Assembly: GCA_049999805.1 (NCBI GenBank)
Contig: JBNGIO010006161.1
Location: forward strand, 124,001 to 168,527
Origin: Folioceros fuciformis
Taxonomy: Eukaryota
DNA length: 44,527 nucleotides
Reading direction: 5' to 3'
Each line of letters begins with the position of its first letter. Positions within the stretch are counted from its first letter, which is position 1. Below, in pieces: positions 23,073-35,414 of this stretch. The notes beneath the pieces are model-generated. The model saw only the letters and a program-made list of their open reading frames with translations, ran no database searches and had not been told where the DNA came from. Made by a program: the position numbers and the translations under genes.

Positions 23073-25330
23073 TCATTTCTCTAGCTTACTCAAAAGCGCA
23101 TCCAAAGGAGGTAGCTCTTCGATCAACCCTGCCCAGTCTGGGACTCCCTGAAGAAGCAGAGAAGACACGTAAGAAAACCTGTTCACGAGCAGAAGAAACA
23201 CGATGGAAACTTTAAGGCCATCCTGCTCCTCCTTACCCTGCCTGATTTACGGACGCGCCCATCCAGACGAAGCACTATGTACACATCTTCACCAGGTCTG
23301 ACACCTTCTGCTTCTTGCTGGTCTCTGACCCAACTGCAAAGCATGACCGATTGGGGCCTGAGTCAACATCAGCAAGCAACCATGAGTCCGAACTTCAAAT
23401 GGCAGGAGCTCAGAATCACTCCACAAACCTTTCCCATTCGGCAGGCGACACAGGATCTGCCTTAAAACGCTTCTCAGACTGAGCAATAGCCTTGGAGGCA
23501 ATCTCCTGTGATCGTCTTTCAAAATCATCCTGGTCATGCCACCAAGCGCCGTGGTCTTACACTATTGAACGACAGAGAGGGAAGGTGGAATCGGAGACAT
23601 CCACCCTGCTGGACACTGTGAGCAGTAATTATTTGGATGTAGCTAGCTACCAGGCCAGAGACAGGGCTCATTGAAGACTTGCGCTGACCTCCAAAACCTT
23701 TTTTCTTGGCCACTTCCTCTTTGGAAGCGTTCCAAATCAAAGGAATCAGCAACACTCCCCTTTTCAAAAGCTCCTCCCGATACCTCTCTGCCTGTTTCAC
23801 AGCCTTGTCCACAACTTCCTTCGTGCCAACGATAATAACCTGAACCAACAAGGAAGGTGAGTGGACATCATGACATCGTTTACAAGACAGTTCCGCTGGA
23901 CAGCTATCCAAGTTTTTCACTTCTACACCAACTCCACCATGTGCAACAAGAACCATAGAGCAGAGGACCGATATTATTGCACTGAAGAAACTGACCGGTC
24001 TTGTGTTCTCACGGAGCTGCACCAATTCTACTATCTTGGATGATTGCAACCGTAAAGGTAACCTAGAGAGAACTTCATTGCGGGAGATGATTGCCAATTG
24101 TTCGTCCTCCTTCTTTACATCCCAGTAGAACAACCCACCGAAGACCCCTATACCTGCGGATTCAAAAGTGATGAGAGACTGGCATAACGGTGACCGTTTT
24201 CTGTTCAAGCTGCTATGTGCATCTCCCACACACACTGGCTCGACTCACCCGCAAGATTGATGGCTAAATTCTGGAGAGGACCGATCACGTCCGGTGCAGT
24301 TTCCCCACCCTGTACAGCCTGAATAAGACGGGGTGCAGTGAACAGAGTGGAAATCCCTGCTGCTGCAGAAAATGCAACGTAGAAGAACTTCCGAACAGCC
24401 CGAAAGGGATCCTGCACTTCACTGATCAATTTCAGATCCCTTCGCAGGCTGTCACCAACTTCTTCCCCGCCCTTCCTAGCCTGTCAGCACATGACGTTAG
24501 CAGACCTCTCAATTCCATAACTCCTTGCAACACCTAGCATCTGAGCCACTGCTTTTTCTACAGCCCTTCCACATGACAAGCCATGATACGAAATGTGAAG
24601 TAGCTGCATACCTCAGCTTGTAGGACTTTAAATTCAGGCATTGCCCTGAATGCAGCCATATCCGGATCATTAAGGATCACGGTGAACTTGAGGTCATACT
24701 TCCCTAGAGCCTCTCTCAAGGCCTGCGAGGCTTTCTCACCCTCTTCTCTGATGAAGAATAACAGGACTCAAACATCTGGCAATGCTGCTGGCAACCATTC
24801 ACAAAGCTAAGGTCCTCCGGCAGGGGATGGCATAACGTACGTGCCTGGAAGCATGGCAGCAGGCCTTGTTGTAGAGAGCAGCTTGTGCCTCTTGTGGATT
24901 AGGATTCATCGACAAGGCCGCATCGAACATCCCCAATGCATCTCCCACCTGGCCATCAACAGCATTCCCTTCAATCCGACTGGCAATTCAAGGATGGAAG
25001 AGAAAACCCACCCCAAGAGCACAACTGTGATCAAAGCTATACCCTGCCTTTGGAGAACAGAGAGAGACCAATGCTGACAGCTTCAGCAGCAGATGCAGGA
25101 ACCGGGGGAAGAGCCTTGGAGGCACTGGAGGTGGTGGTTCCCTCGGAAGCCGCGCTTACCGGCATCAATGTCCGTATCCTTCCCCTCTGCTGGTCTGAGG
25201 AGAATCCCTCCACGAAAATGCTTTTGCCATTCCTAGGACGGCACAGCACAGGACAGATGCGGACGGCCAGACAGACAGACCCGCAGTCGGCCGTAGAAGG
25301 GACGATGCAGGACAACAATCCTCCTGACAT
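23073..25330 (-). CDS. LPA1: LOW PSII ACCUMULATION 1 homolog (TPR + DUF3493), chloroplast, multi-exon
   Basis: Transit-peptide-like N-terminus, then GLSLFSKGR/VGDAL..NPNPQEAQAALYNKACCHA, DLKFTVILNDPDMAAFRAMPEFK, RDLKLISEVQDPFRAVRKFFYVAF, LSRLPLRL..VELVQLRENTRP, LLKRGVLLIP and C-terminal GVPDWAGLIEELPPLDALLSKLEK* (stop 23073-23075). Confidence 0.93.
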
Positions 25331-25649
25331 GCTCTTTGTTCTGGCGGCAAGATTCAAGAGCGAGGCATCTCTGCGTCTACTTGTGCGAAATTGGTGTGCC
25401 TACTGCTGGCATTTGCAACCGTTGGTGCTACCCCCAGCTTGGGAGCAGCTTCGAAACACCGAAACGGGATCGAATGCTGCAGATGATGGGCAGCTTGATA
25501 GGAATGTGTGATGGGCAGCTTTTCCTTGTAGGGAATCTGATGAGCAGCCGGATAGAGATGAACTCCAGCAAATTGAAAAACAACGTGGTTACGTGGGACC
25601 AACTTCACAGCCAACCAGGGCTTGGCTCAGCAAATCCTTGGCGTTTGCC

Positions 25650-25745
25650 GCGCCATGCAGCAAGCAGGCTTAGACGATGGCGCCAACCCCACTGCGCCAC
25701 GCAGCAAGCAGGCTCAGACGATGGCGCCAACCCCACTGCGCCATG
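25650..25745. repeat. 44-bp tandem duplication upstream of LPA1
   Basis: gcgccaYgcagcaagcaggctYagacgatggcgccaaccccact at 25650-25693 and 25694-25737, followed by gcgccatg. Confidence 0.88.
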
Positions 25746-26806
25746 AGATTCCTCTGCCTCCTTCATGCAATTGATGTAATATGTGTGAGTAGAATGCGGC
25801 AGGCTGAAGCTTCGCATACAACTGCTGAGGGGACCTGGGGTCTACCATGCCGGCTATCAGGACCTTCTCCCTGGCCCTGGGCTTGCGCATGAGGACGCCA
25901 GCTAGAGCTTCAGATCCATTTAGTGTCATGGGCATCAGTGCCCATGGTGGTGATGGTAGCTGGGATGCTGCGGGGCGCCAGCAGCAGCACGGGCTAGGCT
26001 CGGCAGGAGCTGGATGGTTCTGATGAGCAAGAGTCTGGATGAGGAGATGTGGGCCTAGGATGCTGCTGTCCTGCGGGTTGATGATGCAGGGATGGCCCTG
26101 CAGAGGAGCCTGAGGAGCTTAGATGGAGTTGGGTTAGGTGCCAGGGGCAGCAATGTGCAGCGATCAAGGCCCAGGGCAGCTGCTGCGTCCTTGCAGCTGG
26201 GGGCTAAGAAATCTGCTCTGGAATGTGGTCGTGGCTGCACGAAGCTGGGAGGTGCACGCAGGATGCTTTCAGCCAGTCTAAAGATGTTTAAACAGAACCC
26301 TTTTGCCACAGATGGGGTTGATGAGCAGCTCGCTTCCTGTGATATGCAGATACGGGTCTTGATGTCTGCAGATGACGGGAGGGCCGGCATGTTTAGTGGT
26401 AGGTAGGAAGCCGTGTGCTACCTGATAAGGTCTCTTGGTAGGTGTTCATATTTAAATTTTGTGACGGCTAGAGGTCAGTAGGAAGCCGGGTGCTACCTCA
26501 TAAGTAGAACGAAGAACTCGAGCCCGGGGCGCTTTTTTGGAGCGCCTTTTTGGATTAGAAGCTTTTTGTGATGAGAAGTGAACTTTCGTAAGTCTATGCT
26601 GACATGTCGATAGAAAGTTGAGACGGGAGTGTTTTGTTCGATGTTGATTGCAAAGTTTTTTGGCGACTGATTGGGAGTGTTGGACGTAGGGTGAGGAAGG
26701 TGTAAGGAGTCTTGTTGAGAAACAAGTGTTAGGTGTAAGGAGTTAGACTTGTTAAAGGGAGTATTGAGGTACTTCTAAATGATGAATAGTGTCCTCCATT
26801 GTCTCC

Positions 26807-27096
26807 AGGCATGGTTGGATTGGAAAAGGCATGGTTGGATTGGAAAAGGCATGGTTGGATTGGAAAATGCGTAATTGGATTGGAAAATGTGCAATTGGGA
26901 GTTTTAGCTGATTGGATTCTTAGCTTATGCTGAAGGTTCATAGACATAATCGGGATGTAGTTGCCTCTAAGCTCTGGGGAGTGATTCCAGAGCGAAAGGT
27001 TAATAGGCATAGTCTAAGCTCTGGAGAGTGATTCCAGAGCTAAAGGTTAATAGGCATAGTCGTGGTGTAGCTGCCTCTAAGCTCTGGGGAGTGATT
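26807..27096. repeat. Cluster of tandem repeats (20-bp x3-4; 47-bp x2 plus partial), probably TE-derived
   Basis: aggcatggttggattggaaa x3 at 26807-26866 plus a degenerate 4th copy. tctaagctctggRgagtgattccagagcKaaaggttaataggcatag at 26966-27012 and 27013-27059, with a partial copy at ~27076. Confidence 0.85.
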
Positions 27097-27199
27097 TAGC
27101 AAAAGCTTGCAACGGCCGTGGATTGATATGACCATGATAAATGGTCATATCAATCACTGCTATATAGAAGAACCATGTTAAAAATTGCAAGACCATCGA

Positions 27200-27536
27200 T
27201 CATGGCTTTATAGGGCCCAAATAGGGAATTTGGTAAGAACATCCAATTTAGAGGTGCACACCATGCAATGTTTCCTATCACAACAAAGTAGACTTAAAAG
27301 CATGTTTAAACTTCATTCCAGGGGAGCACTTCAAAGTGTCAACAAATTAGTTTCAAAAGCATAGTCCTAAACATTTGACCCACGATCGCAAAAGAGATTG
27401 CTTGACTCCGAAAAATTATAGGTTTCCTCGTTTCACCTATTGGCACAATCTTGGCAGCATAGATCCCTATGCGGATTATTAGATCCGCAAACTCAGAGGG
27501 TAGCCTTGCCACTCCCCGCTCTTCTCTTGAAGCCAT
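27200..27536. repeat. Diverged dispersed repeat, copy 1 (partner at ~35083-35414)
   Basis: Colinear shared blocks: tttagaggt, tgcaatgtttcct, aaagcatgtt.aaacttcat, caacaaattagtt, actccgaaaaattat, agagggtagccttgccactc and ctcttctcttg.agcc. Confidence 0.8.
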
Positions 27537-28279
27537 CTTGCAGTTTCTTGCAGTTTCTTCCTTCTGGTTCACGCAAGCCTTTTTCCTTTCCCCATTATAT
27601 AGATGAGATGCATGCTCCGGCGACTGCGACAAAAGTTGTTGCGAAATTTGCTTACAAGCAAGGGAGTTGCATGTGTGAGCAGCCCGGATGTTGTCCCGTG
27701 AGCCTCGAACAATGAGGAGGCGCTGCATGGAATTATGCCTTCCTATCCACGTCCAAGTGATATCCTGCACAATTGGGAAGTGGTCCTCGGCCGGTGATGG
27801 AGCCAGGTTCTGGCACGGGCCACTAAGGGATCAGGGACGAGGTCCCAGGGGGTCTGATGACCGAGGTCGGTACTCGGGTCTCAGCCACTCCAAGACCCTG
27901 TGCCCGCACGGCCTTGATGCCACAGGCCATGGGAGCCTCAGACTGGAGGCGGATCGCGGCCTCCGGCCGGGCCTGACCCGGGACTGCGACCCGGTCTCGG
28001 GCGTGGCCTCTGGATTTAGGTCTCGCGGGGTTTGAGGCCTGAGGCTCCGCCTGATCCGAGGCCCATGCCTCCACCGCGGGGTCTGGGGCCTCAGAGCAGG
28101 CGGCCAGGGACTGGAGGCGGGGAGGGGTCTCCGGCGATAGAGTAGAGCGTCGAATGTTGTATGGGCAGGAGCTCGCTGGTAATGAGCTCTTCTTCACTGT
28201 CATGTGGTCTGCAAAGTGCAAACATGTCCACCTCGCTGAACTGATGGACTCGGTAGACACACCCAGAGGCAGCGCCAGT

Positions 28280-28900
28280 AGCTTCCAGACCAGAGCCATG
28301 CTCAGCGTATCCTTTAATCATTGAATTCCATGCCACCGGGTCTTTGCTTGGCAGCCCGTCAAAAATTGTGCAAGCCTCCCTCCACGAACCACACTTCACG
28401 TACATACCCACCAATGCATTCCCAACTGCTGTGTCGAGTTCCAAACCCTTTTGAACAATTCGTGCATGAATTGCCTTGCCTGTGTGCACGACCCCAATCC
28501 CCCCACATGCTTTTCGACCACAGAGAAATGTTGATCTTGTCTGGAGCCACACCATGATATTCCAGTAGATCCCTAGTGCGTCTTCACAAAGTCCATGCTC
28601 AGCATTCCAGGTAACCACATTTTTGGTGGACATAATATCAAAACTAGCCTGAGCCATCCTCCAAGCTTCCGCATCTACCATTCATATCCACCAGGCTGTT
28701 CCACACAAACACGCTGGGCTCCAGCCCATATTCATCAATGTCACCATGGACCAGCTTGCCGGATGCCAAATCTGCAGCTCTGCCACATGCTTTTAAGAAT
28801 GCCACAACTTCGTGGTTGGTAAGCCTGACAGCAGATTCTGGCATTTGCCCATACAACAGAAAAGCCACATCAGCATCCGCAGTAGCATCTGTGCAGCGCA
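28280..28900 (-). pseudogene. Degraded PLS-class PPR gene fragment
   Basis: PPR motifs lie in two frames: FLKACGRAADLASGKLVH..VFVWNSLVDMNGRCGSLED, then a frameshift to NVVTWNA..GKAIHARIVQKGLELDTAVGNALVGMYVKCGS..DPVAWNSMIKGYAEHG. There are internal deletions and no E domain. Confidence 0.85.
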
Positions 28901-29299
28901 CTCCTCGAGGAACATGAATAACCCGTAAGAGCACTGACAGCCTGCTGGCCCATGACATTCTCTGGCCCCCAAGCCTCATCCTCTTGTCTGTTGCCAGAAT
29001 TTTCTGCACTGGTCCCAGTATAGAACTATTGCAAAGCTTCGGGGAAATAGCAACAGCCGCAACAGCCGAAGGCCCTGATATATCCATACCACAAAATCGA
29101 TTCACACTGTTGCTGTGAAGAGAAGGAGACACATCTCCAGCCCTTCACCCTGCCCGCCTGTCGATCCACATTGAGCTTGGACCTGTTACATGATGGAAGG
29201 ACCAGAACCCGTTACACGACGGAAGGACCAGAACGCCTGAACCACGAAAGTTAGAGTCTACAAATGTGTCTCCTCCACTCGCTCAACAACCTCCTCTAG

Positions 29300-29835
29300 G
29301 TGTACAAAAGGCATGTACAGGGCCCCGCTTCGATGTACTGGGCCATTAAAAACAAGCTACGTTGGACGTACGCAGGGAGAGAGTCCTTTCACCAAGCCAA
29401 GCTGGACACGATCGCCGACAATCTGCCCAACTTGGGGCAGATGCGGTTCGAGCGTTGGAATCCCTTCTCGCCAATTCTGAAACAGCACCGGAATGAAATC
29501 ACCGGAAACTACGATGCAGAAGTCCTTTTCGCTGGCTTGAAGAGCAGAAGCAAGGATGTGACCTAGTACGATAGGAGGCACGGATCAGCGGGATTGCAGC
29601 TGGCAGGTGCCGATCACTCTTTGGTTGGAGTGGTTGCGAATATCTAGAAAAGCAGGCTAGGTGGGCTGTCGAAAGGAAGGCACTGGGTCGCTCTGCGCAA
29701 TGTGCACGACATCTGGTGTAACCTAGACAGTGATTTGTGAGCTCCGGTTCCATTCAAAGATGGGTGGGAAGAGACCCATGTGTGTGTACGGGAAGATGCT
29801 GGACGACGGAGCGGAGATCTTTTTGGTCAGAAATC
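29300..29835 (+). pseudogene. Josephin-domain (JOSD/MJD family) deubiquitinase pseudogene, intronless
   Basis: One frame reads LDTIADNL..WNPFSPILKQHRNEITGNYDAEVLFAGL..DVT*YDRRHGS..LVGVVANI*KSRLGGLSKGRHWVALRNVHDIWCNLDSDL*AP. This matches the recalled plant Josephin (WTPLSFVLKPHHNTITGNYDVNV..WHDKR..GGLWRSRHWVVVRKINGVWYNLDSDL). Stops at 29564, 29645 and 29738, a frameshift before GAEIFLV, and a degenerate catalytic-Cys region. Confidence 0.88.
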
Positions 29836-29852
29836 TGCAAGCCTCGACACTC

Positions 29853-31767
29853 TTAGACGAAGTCATAGACTCTATCTCCGCGTAAACATAAGCCTTCCTT
29901 ACAATGGTGTACACAATGGGCATCTCTAACTGTGATCTCCCTCTTTTCAATCTTGGACAAGACCTTTGTTCTGCCATGGCAATTGTTCCACGTACGCCGA
30001 TTTTTCGTGATGGGCAAAGTTGAGGAGTGTTGAGGAGGGCAAATGCTAGGACAAGCTTCTCAGCATGTCCGCACACGGAATCGTTCTCCCCTGGTCAGAC
30101 ACTGGTTTCAGTCCCATTTCTATCTGCGGCTCGTGGCCATCCTGTATCACTTGCAAGTTCAGACTTCTAAACTTTTGAGGAGAGATTGTCCCTGTCCTCC
30201 CCAACGATGAACTCATGCAACTTGTCCACTTCGATGAAAGCTGTAGCAGGCTTGTTGTCCGCACCAGCATGTCTTTTCATTTGCTCGATTCTGTCTGCAT
30301 CTTCCTGTATTCCAACATCTTCATGGATGTTTGCCATGAGAACATAACCAGCAGCCAGTTGTGGATCGAGTGCCACGAGGCGATGGAAACACCGTCTCCC
30401 TCGCTGGACATCTCCATGAGTTTTGCACGCGCTTAGCAAGGACCTGCACCCCACAACGTCAGGTGGAAAGGCCATTGTTTGCAGCACATTTTCAGCCTCG
30501 TCCAGGTGCCCTGATCCTCCAAGAAGGTCCACGATACAGTTACAGTGCCCAAGTGTGGGTGTAATGCATGGTCGCTCCCCATTGCTGTGAAATACCTTCT
30601 GCCTTCATCCACCAGATCCACATGACTGCAGACCACCAGAAGACACTGTTAGGCTCAACGCCATGCCGGTGTATCTCATCGAAACACTGAATTGCCATGC
30701 CACAATCATTTTGCTGACCATAGCCGTTACGGAGTGCTGTCCACGTTGTCACATCTTTAGCAGGCATTCTGTCAAACACAAGGCGCGCGTCCTCCATGCT
30801 GCCACATCTACCGTACATGTCCACAAGTGTGTTCCCTACGAATATGTCTCCCTCCAGACCTCTTGCCTGTACATCAGCATTAACTTCCTTGCCCTTGTCC
30901 AAGACTCCTACATAACCACAAGCCTTGACAGCACATACAAATGTAACATCACTGGCTGGATTGATGTCTTCCTGCTGCATGCGCACATAGAGATCAGGAG
31001 CATCCTGACCGCGCCTATGCTGCACATATCCGGCGATCAGCACTGTGCATGTTACGACATCTGTGAGCGGCAGAGTGTCAAACACTGCACGAGCATCATC
31101 TAGGCTCCCACATTTAGTGCACATATCCACGAGATCACCACCTATAAACACATCTGCTTGCACCCCCACTTCCACAATGTTAACATGAATCCGCTTCCCT
31201 GTTTGGATGGCAGGTACTCCTAGGCTCCCACAGGCACTCAGAATGCTGACATATGTAACCTTGTCTAGTTTCACACTACCCTCTGGCATCCTGGCATACA
31301 GATCGAGAGCCTCCTGACTACGCCCATCATGAGCATAGCCTGCAACCATCGTGCCCCAAGCTATCACATCACTGGATGGCAAGCTGTCAAACACAGTCCG
31401 CACGTCTAGTAAATTCTTGCATTTGGAGTTCAGGTTCAGGGTTCAGTGCATACCCACTTTCCACTGTGAGCGCATGAACCCTCCTACCAAGATCCGGATC
31501 TCTCGTCTCAATGCATCCCTTGAGAACCCGATACAACATGTCTCTAGTAATCCGATCCAGTTGCTCCGCAAGTTCCAACACTTGCACGGCCTCATCCGCC
31601 CTTCCCCCATCACATAGCCTGCTCCAGGTCTCCGCAGCTTCTTCATTCCTCACCGCCCTGCACCGGACATCCGGTGCATAGCACCATGTAGCTTCTTGCG
31701 CTCCAACTCTTGAATCCAAGAAACGGGGAAGCAAATGAAGCCTCAAAGGATGAGAAATACCTTCCAT
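29853..31767 (-). pseudogene. PLS-PPR-E-DYW pseudogene with a DYW:KP-type domain
   Basis: PLS repeats in ORFs 31387-31896 and 30540-31403. E domains read DLLGGSGHLDEAE..SLLSACKTHGD. Then KPATAFIEV..HEFIVGE, DGHEP, CGHAEKLVLAFALLNTP and, after a frameshift, TKNRRTWNNCH..KIEKREITVRDAHCVHHCKEGLCLRGDRVYDFV*. Frameshifts at ~31400, ~30640, ~30540, ~30080 and ~30020, and a stop at 30167. Confidence 0.88.
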
Positions 31768-34426
31768 CCGGAATAGGGAAAGGAGCTGATTTTTGCTGCA
31801 CCTGGTTCGACCAGGTTTCAAGCCAAGGAGCCTTCCTCGTTTTGCGCTGCACGAAGTCCGACTCAGTTCATGACTAGGTGCTCTCGTATTCAACAATTAA
31901 TCCTCAACCACCAGAGCACTATACCTTGCCGGTATGGCTGTCCGCGATGAAAGTGCCCAACACTGCCTGACGTGCCATTGGCCCACCTGAAACCAAACCG
32001 AAAGATCAAACCATGAACAAGCAACACAAGTTGTCCAACACAGACAGATATCCAGTGCCGGACTTGGGTCGCGCTGGCAAGCTCGCCAGGCTTGGAATGC
32101 ACCTGACAAATTCCTTCACTAGGGCTCGGGGACTGAATCTGGTCTGCATCACTGCTTTGCACAATCAACCCCGCCCTACGGTTGCCCTCTGTTGCCGTTC
32201 TCACACAAGATTTCCAGCCCCGAGGACTAGCGTGCACTATGACCATCCGGCCCTAGTCCAGCAGTAGGATTATGTCCGATCGAAAATAAATTCCTGACGA
32301 TCGAAACTCTTGAATACCTCGTCCTGGCTTCATGAGGCATGAACTCCATGAACATCACTCTTATCTCAGCGACTTACCGCACTCCGCTACGGATCCTCCC
32401 CTTGATTGCCGACATTTGGAGCTTTGAAGATTCGACAGATCCCGAATGGGTTTAGTCAGGAAGCCTTTCAGAAGGACAACGAATTCACCTTCACATCTTG
32501 GAGGACGACTAGAGGGAGATTCGGTTCTCCAGAACAGCTTGGTCTGCAAACATAATGGGACTACCTGGTTCGCTGTGCACCGTTTAGCCAACCAGTTGTG
32601 TCTTCGAATGGATTGAATATTGCTCACAAGAGTCTTGGTCAGGAAACTCTGAGTAATCTTGCGGGCATGCAGCAACACAAATTCTCCCGAGTCCATGGCT
32701 TCGCAATGCATGTGCCAGCGTTCTGGCTGTGGGTGCAGGAAATTAGATCCTTCAGGAAACCCTAGAACAAGGACTGCACCAGTTGAGGATGCCGAAGTTT
32801 TGAGCTGACATGTCTTCATGGTGACTGCTCCTATACACATGAATGACATGGCATATGCTGGCGACATGGACTGAATCAATCACAAGGACAACACAGCTGT
32901 GCGAGATTTTGAGGGTATGCTGCGCGCTGGAGGAGAGCACAATGTTCGATTCTGACAGGTTTTGTGAACATGCAGTATGCAGGTGCAACGTCCAGGAACT
33001 GTCTAAGCAAGGTGATTGTCGATGAGCACGCTTATTAGACTTGGGCAATCTGTGGTAGGTCCTCCACGGCTGACAGTACTGAAAGCCTGAAAGGAAGGAA
33101 GCTGGATGGAAGGATTGAAAAAGTAGCCGTCCCTGTTCTACTGCCAGAAACAACATGATGAAATTCATATAAAATTTGTAGGTGCACTTGGGATTGAAGA
33201 TACGCTTTCGATTGTAGGTGTGCATTGGCATACGACAGCACGTGCCTCAAAATCCGACTTCACCTCAGTTGTGCGATGGAGGATTGTACACGGAGAAACG
33301 TCTTCATCTGTGAAAAAGAGCTAGCCAGAATAGAGGAAAATCCCCCTTCTTCACCAGGCCTGAGAGAGGTTATCCAAGGGAGAGAGAATTCTGGGCTGAG
33401 GGCCCAGATGGCTCACCGGTTTTCAGAAGCAGTTGAGGCGAATTCGCGGCTGCGTGCAGCGGGAGGGACAAGCTAACCTGTCCTCGAATTGACCCGCTCT
33501 GGACCTCGACTTGACCCGCTCTGTGCCCTTAGCGAACTTTGTCCCACTGCAAACCAGGCACCGGATCGACGGCGGACGAAATCAGCAGCCAACCGGCAAC
33601 CATCAACTTGTCCGACTATCCTGTCCCCTTCAAATTTTCCAGGCTCTCTTTCTCCCCTCGATTTCTGCCCCGTCGGCCCCTCGGGCTTCAGCCTTCTCCC
33701 TGCCCTCAACGTGTGCAGCCTCACCCTTGTTGCAAGGCAAGCAACAAGGCTGTGTGTGCCTCGACAAGCATAAGTCACACTCACCTTGGGCATTGCTTGT
33801 TGAACTGGCCCAGCTGACGGGATTCACCACGATAACAGATGGGCTCCAAAACATCGTCTTCGACCGTCACGTAAAGCTTCCCCCGACCGGCTCCACTGGT
33901 CAGGATGAATTGCCTTCCTTTTTCTTCTTCGTGAATTTCCACATGAGCATTGATCCAACACAGAGCACCGAAAGCAATAATAATCGTCGATCCTAGTTCA
34001 TGGTATCGTACTTGACAACTTTCTCGACGTACAGGAGAACCTTCGGAGTTGCAGTGAACCGTGCACATCATACTTGACTCAGATACACAGCTAGCCTCCT
34101 CTCGTTTGAGGAATTCTTTATCCCTGTATGAGTATGAGACTGAGTTAATCAACCAACCAAATGCAATTACTTGGGAACTGAAATGGGAAACTACTCCTGG
34201 CTTGACTCTCCTTGACAGCCACACTATCAACGCAAAGCAAAGCAACCTTGATGGACATCATCAATCAATCAAGTTTATTTATATTCAAGAATAAATTTTA
34301 AAGAAGACCGTGTGGAACGAACTAAGTTGAATACGAAGTATCGTTATGTGGTGGCTTTCTTTCGACAACGGAATTCTAAGGATAGCAACAAGCGCAGGTC
34401 AATCTGCTTCTTTGGCACCGGTTAGA

Positions 34427-34592
34427 GGTAGACCTTTTGTTATTGCACATCAAGACATTTGGGAGCAGTAGATAGTTTTGATATTTGAAGGGGCTAATAC
34501 CCCTTTTGGCCTTTGACGTGCTCGGGTTGTTCTCCAATCTTTGGAATAGATGGGACTTTCCATCTCTTTCTCAACAATAGAAAATACACTTG
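34427..34592. repeat. Diverged dispersed repeat (partner at ~36538-36716), AT-rich decayed TE-like DNA
   Basis: ggtaga..tttgttatt..tagatagttttga..cttttggcc..ctttggaat.gat is shared in the same order and orientation. Confidence 0.65.
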
Positions 34593-35082
34593 AATGTGTC
34601 ACTCATCAGTTTGGACGATTTCTTATGAGTCGGAGATGGATGCTTCTGCACCTCTGAAATAAAAGCACAACGTTTGCTTGCTCAAAAAACCATGTAGCCA
34701 CTGGCATGGGGTGACCAAAACCACTTACTACGGGTACCACCAATCTGGCTTCCTTGAGTTACTTTCTCTGCCTCATCCCCGAGAGAGGTTCTTGAGTAGT
34801 TGGAGGAGGAGAAGGCCGGGGTTGCATATCATGGATGCCACCAGCCATAGCAACCAACTATGTACTTTGAGTCTCAGAGCTCTCTTTGTCACACATCAAT
34901 TTTTTTTTTCATGACTATTCAATATACATGCAAGCTTCAAAGTTGGAGATTAAAGACACGATCTAATTTAACTAACCTCATGAGTTCAAGACGTTTACAT
35001 CGAAAGAACCAGTGTGTAGTGTCAAGCATTGACATGACGATTACTAGGCGGAGGACTCCGTTGCAAATTGCAAGCCCATACA

Positions 35083-35414
35083 TCATGGCCTCACAGGCCC
35101 CAAACGAAGAATCTGGCAATAATGGCCAGTTTAGAGGTACAAATTGTGCAATGTTTCCTGTCACAACGAACTTGAAAGCATGTTGAAACTTCATCCAAGG
35201 GGAGGGGAGCACTTTTAAGTGACAACAAATTAGTTGCAAAAACGTAGTCCTAAATAGTTTACTTATGGTCGTGAAAGACATTGCCTAACTCCGAAAAATT
35301 ATGTGTTTCCTTGCTTCACCTTGGCACGGTCTTGGTAGCAGAAATTCACATGTGGACTGTTGGATCACAAACTTAGAGGGTAGCCTTGCCACTCTCCACT
35401 CTTCTCTTGGAGCC
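35083..35414. repeat. Diverged dispersed repeat, copy 2 (partner at ~27200-27536)
   Basis: Same colinear blocks as copy 1, same orientation. Confidence 0.8.

Noticed and set aside
26807-27096. CRISPR-like appearance of the repeat arrays
   Set aside because: Head-to-tail tandem units without unique spacers, no cas genes, and a eukaryotic context.
32361-34245. ORFs with faint LRR-like or coding-like stretches (IRDLSNLQS; ORF 33781-34245)
   Set aside because: No coherent domain or splice model could be built. A translated search would be needed.
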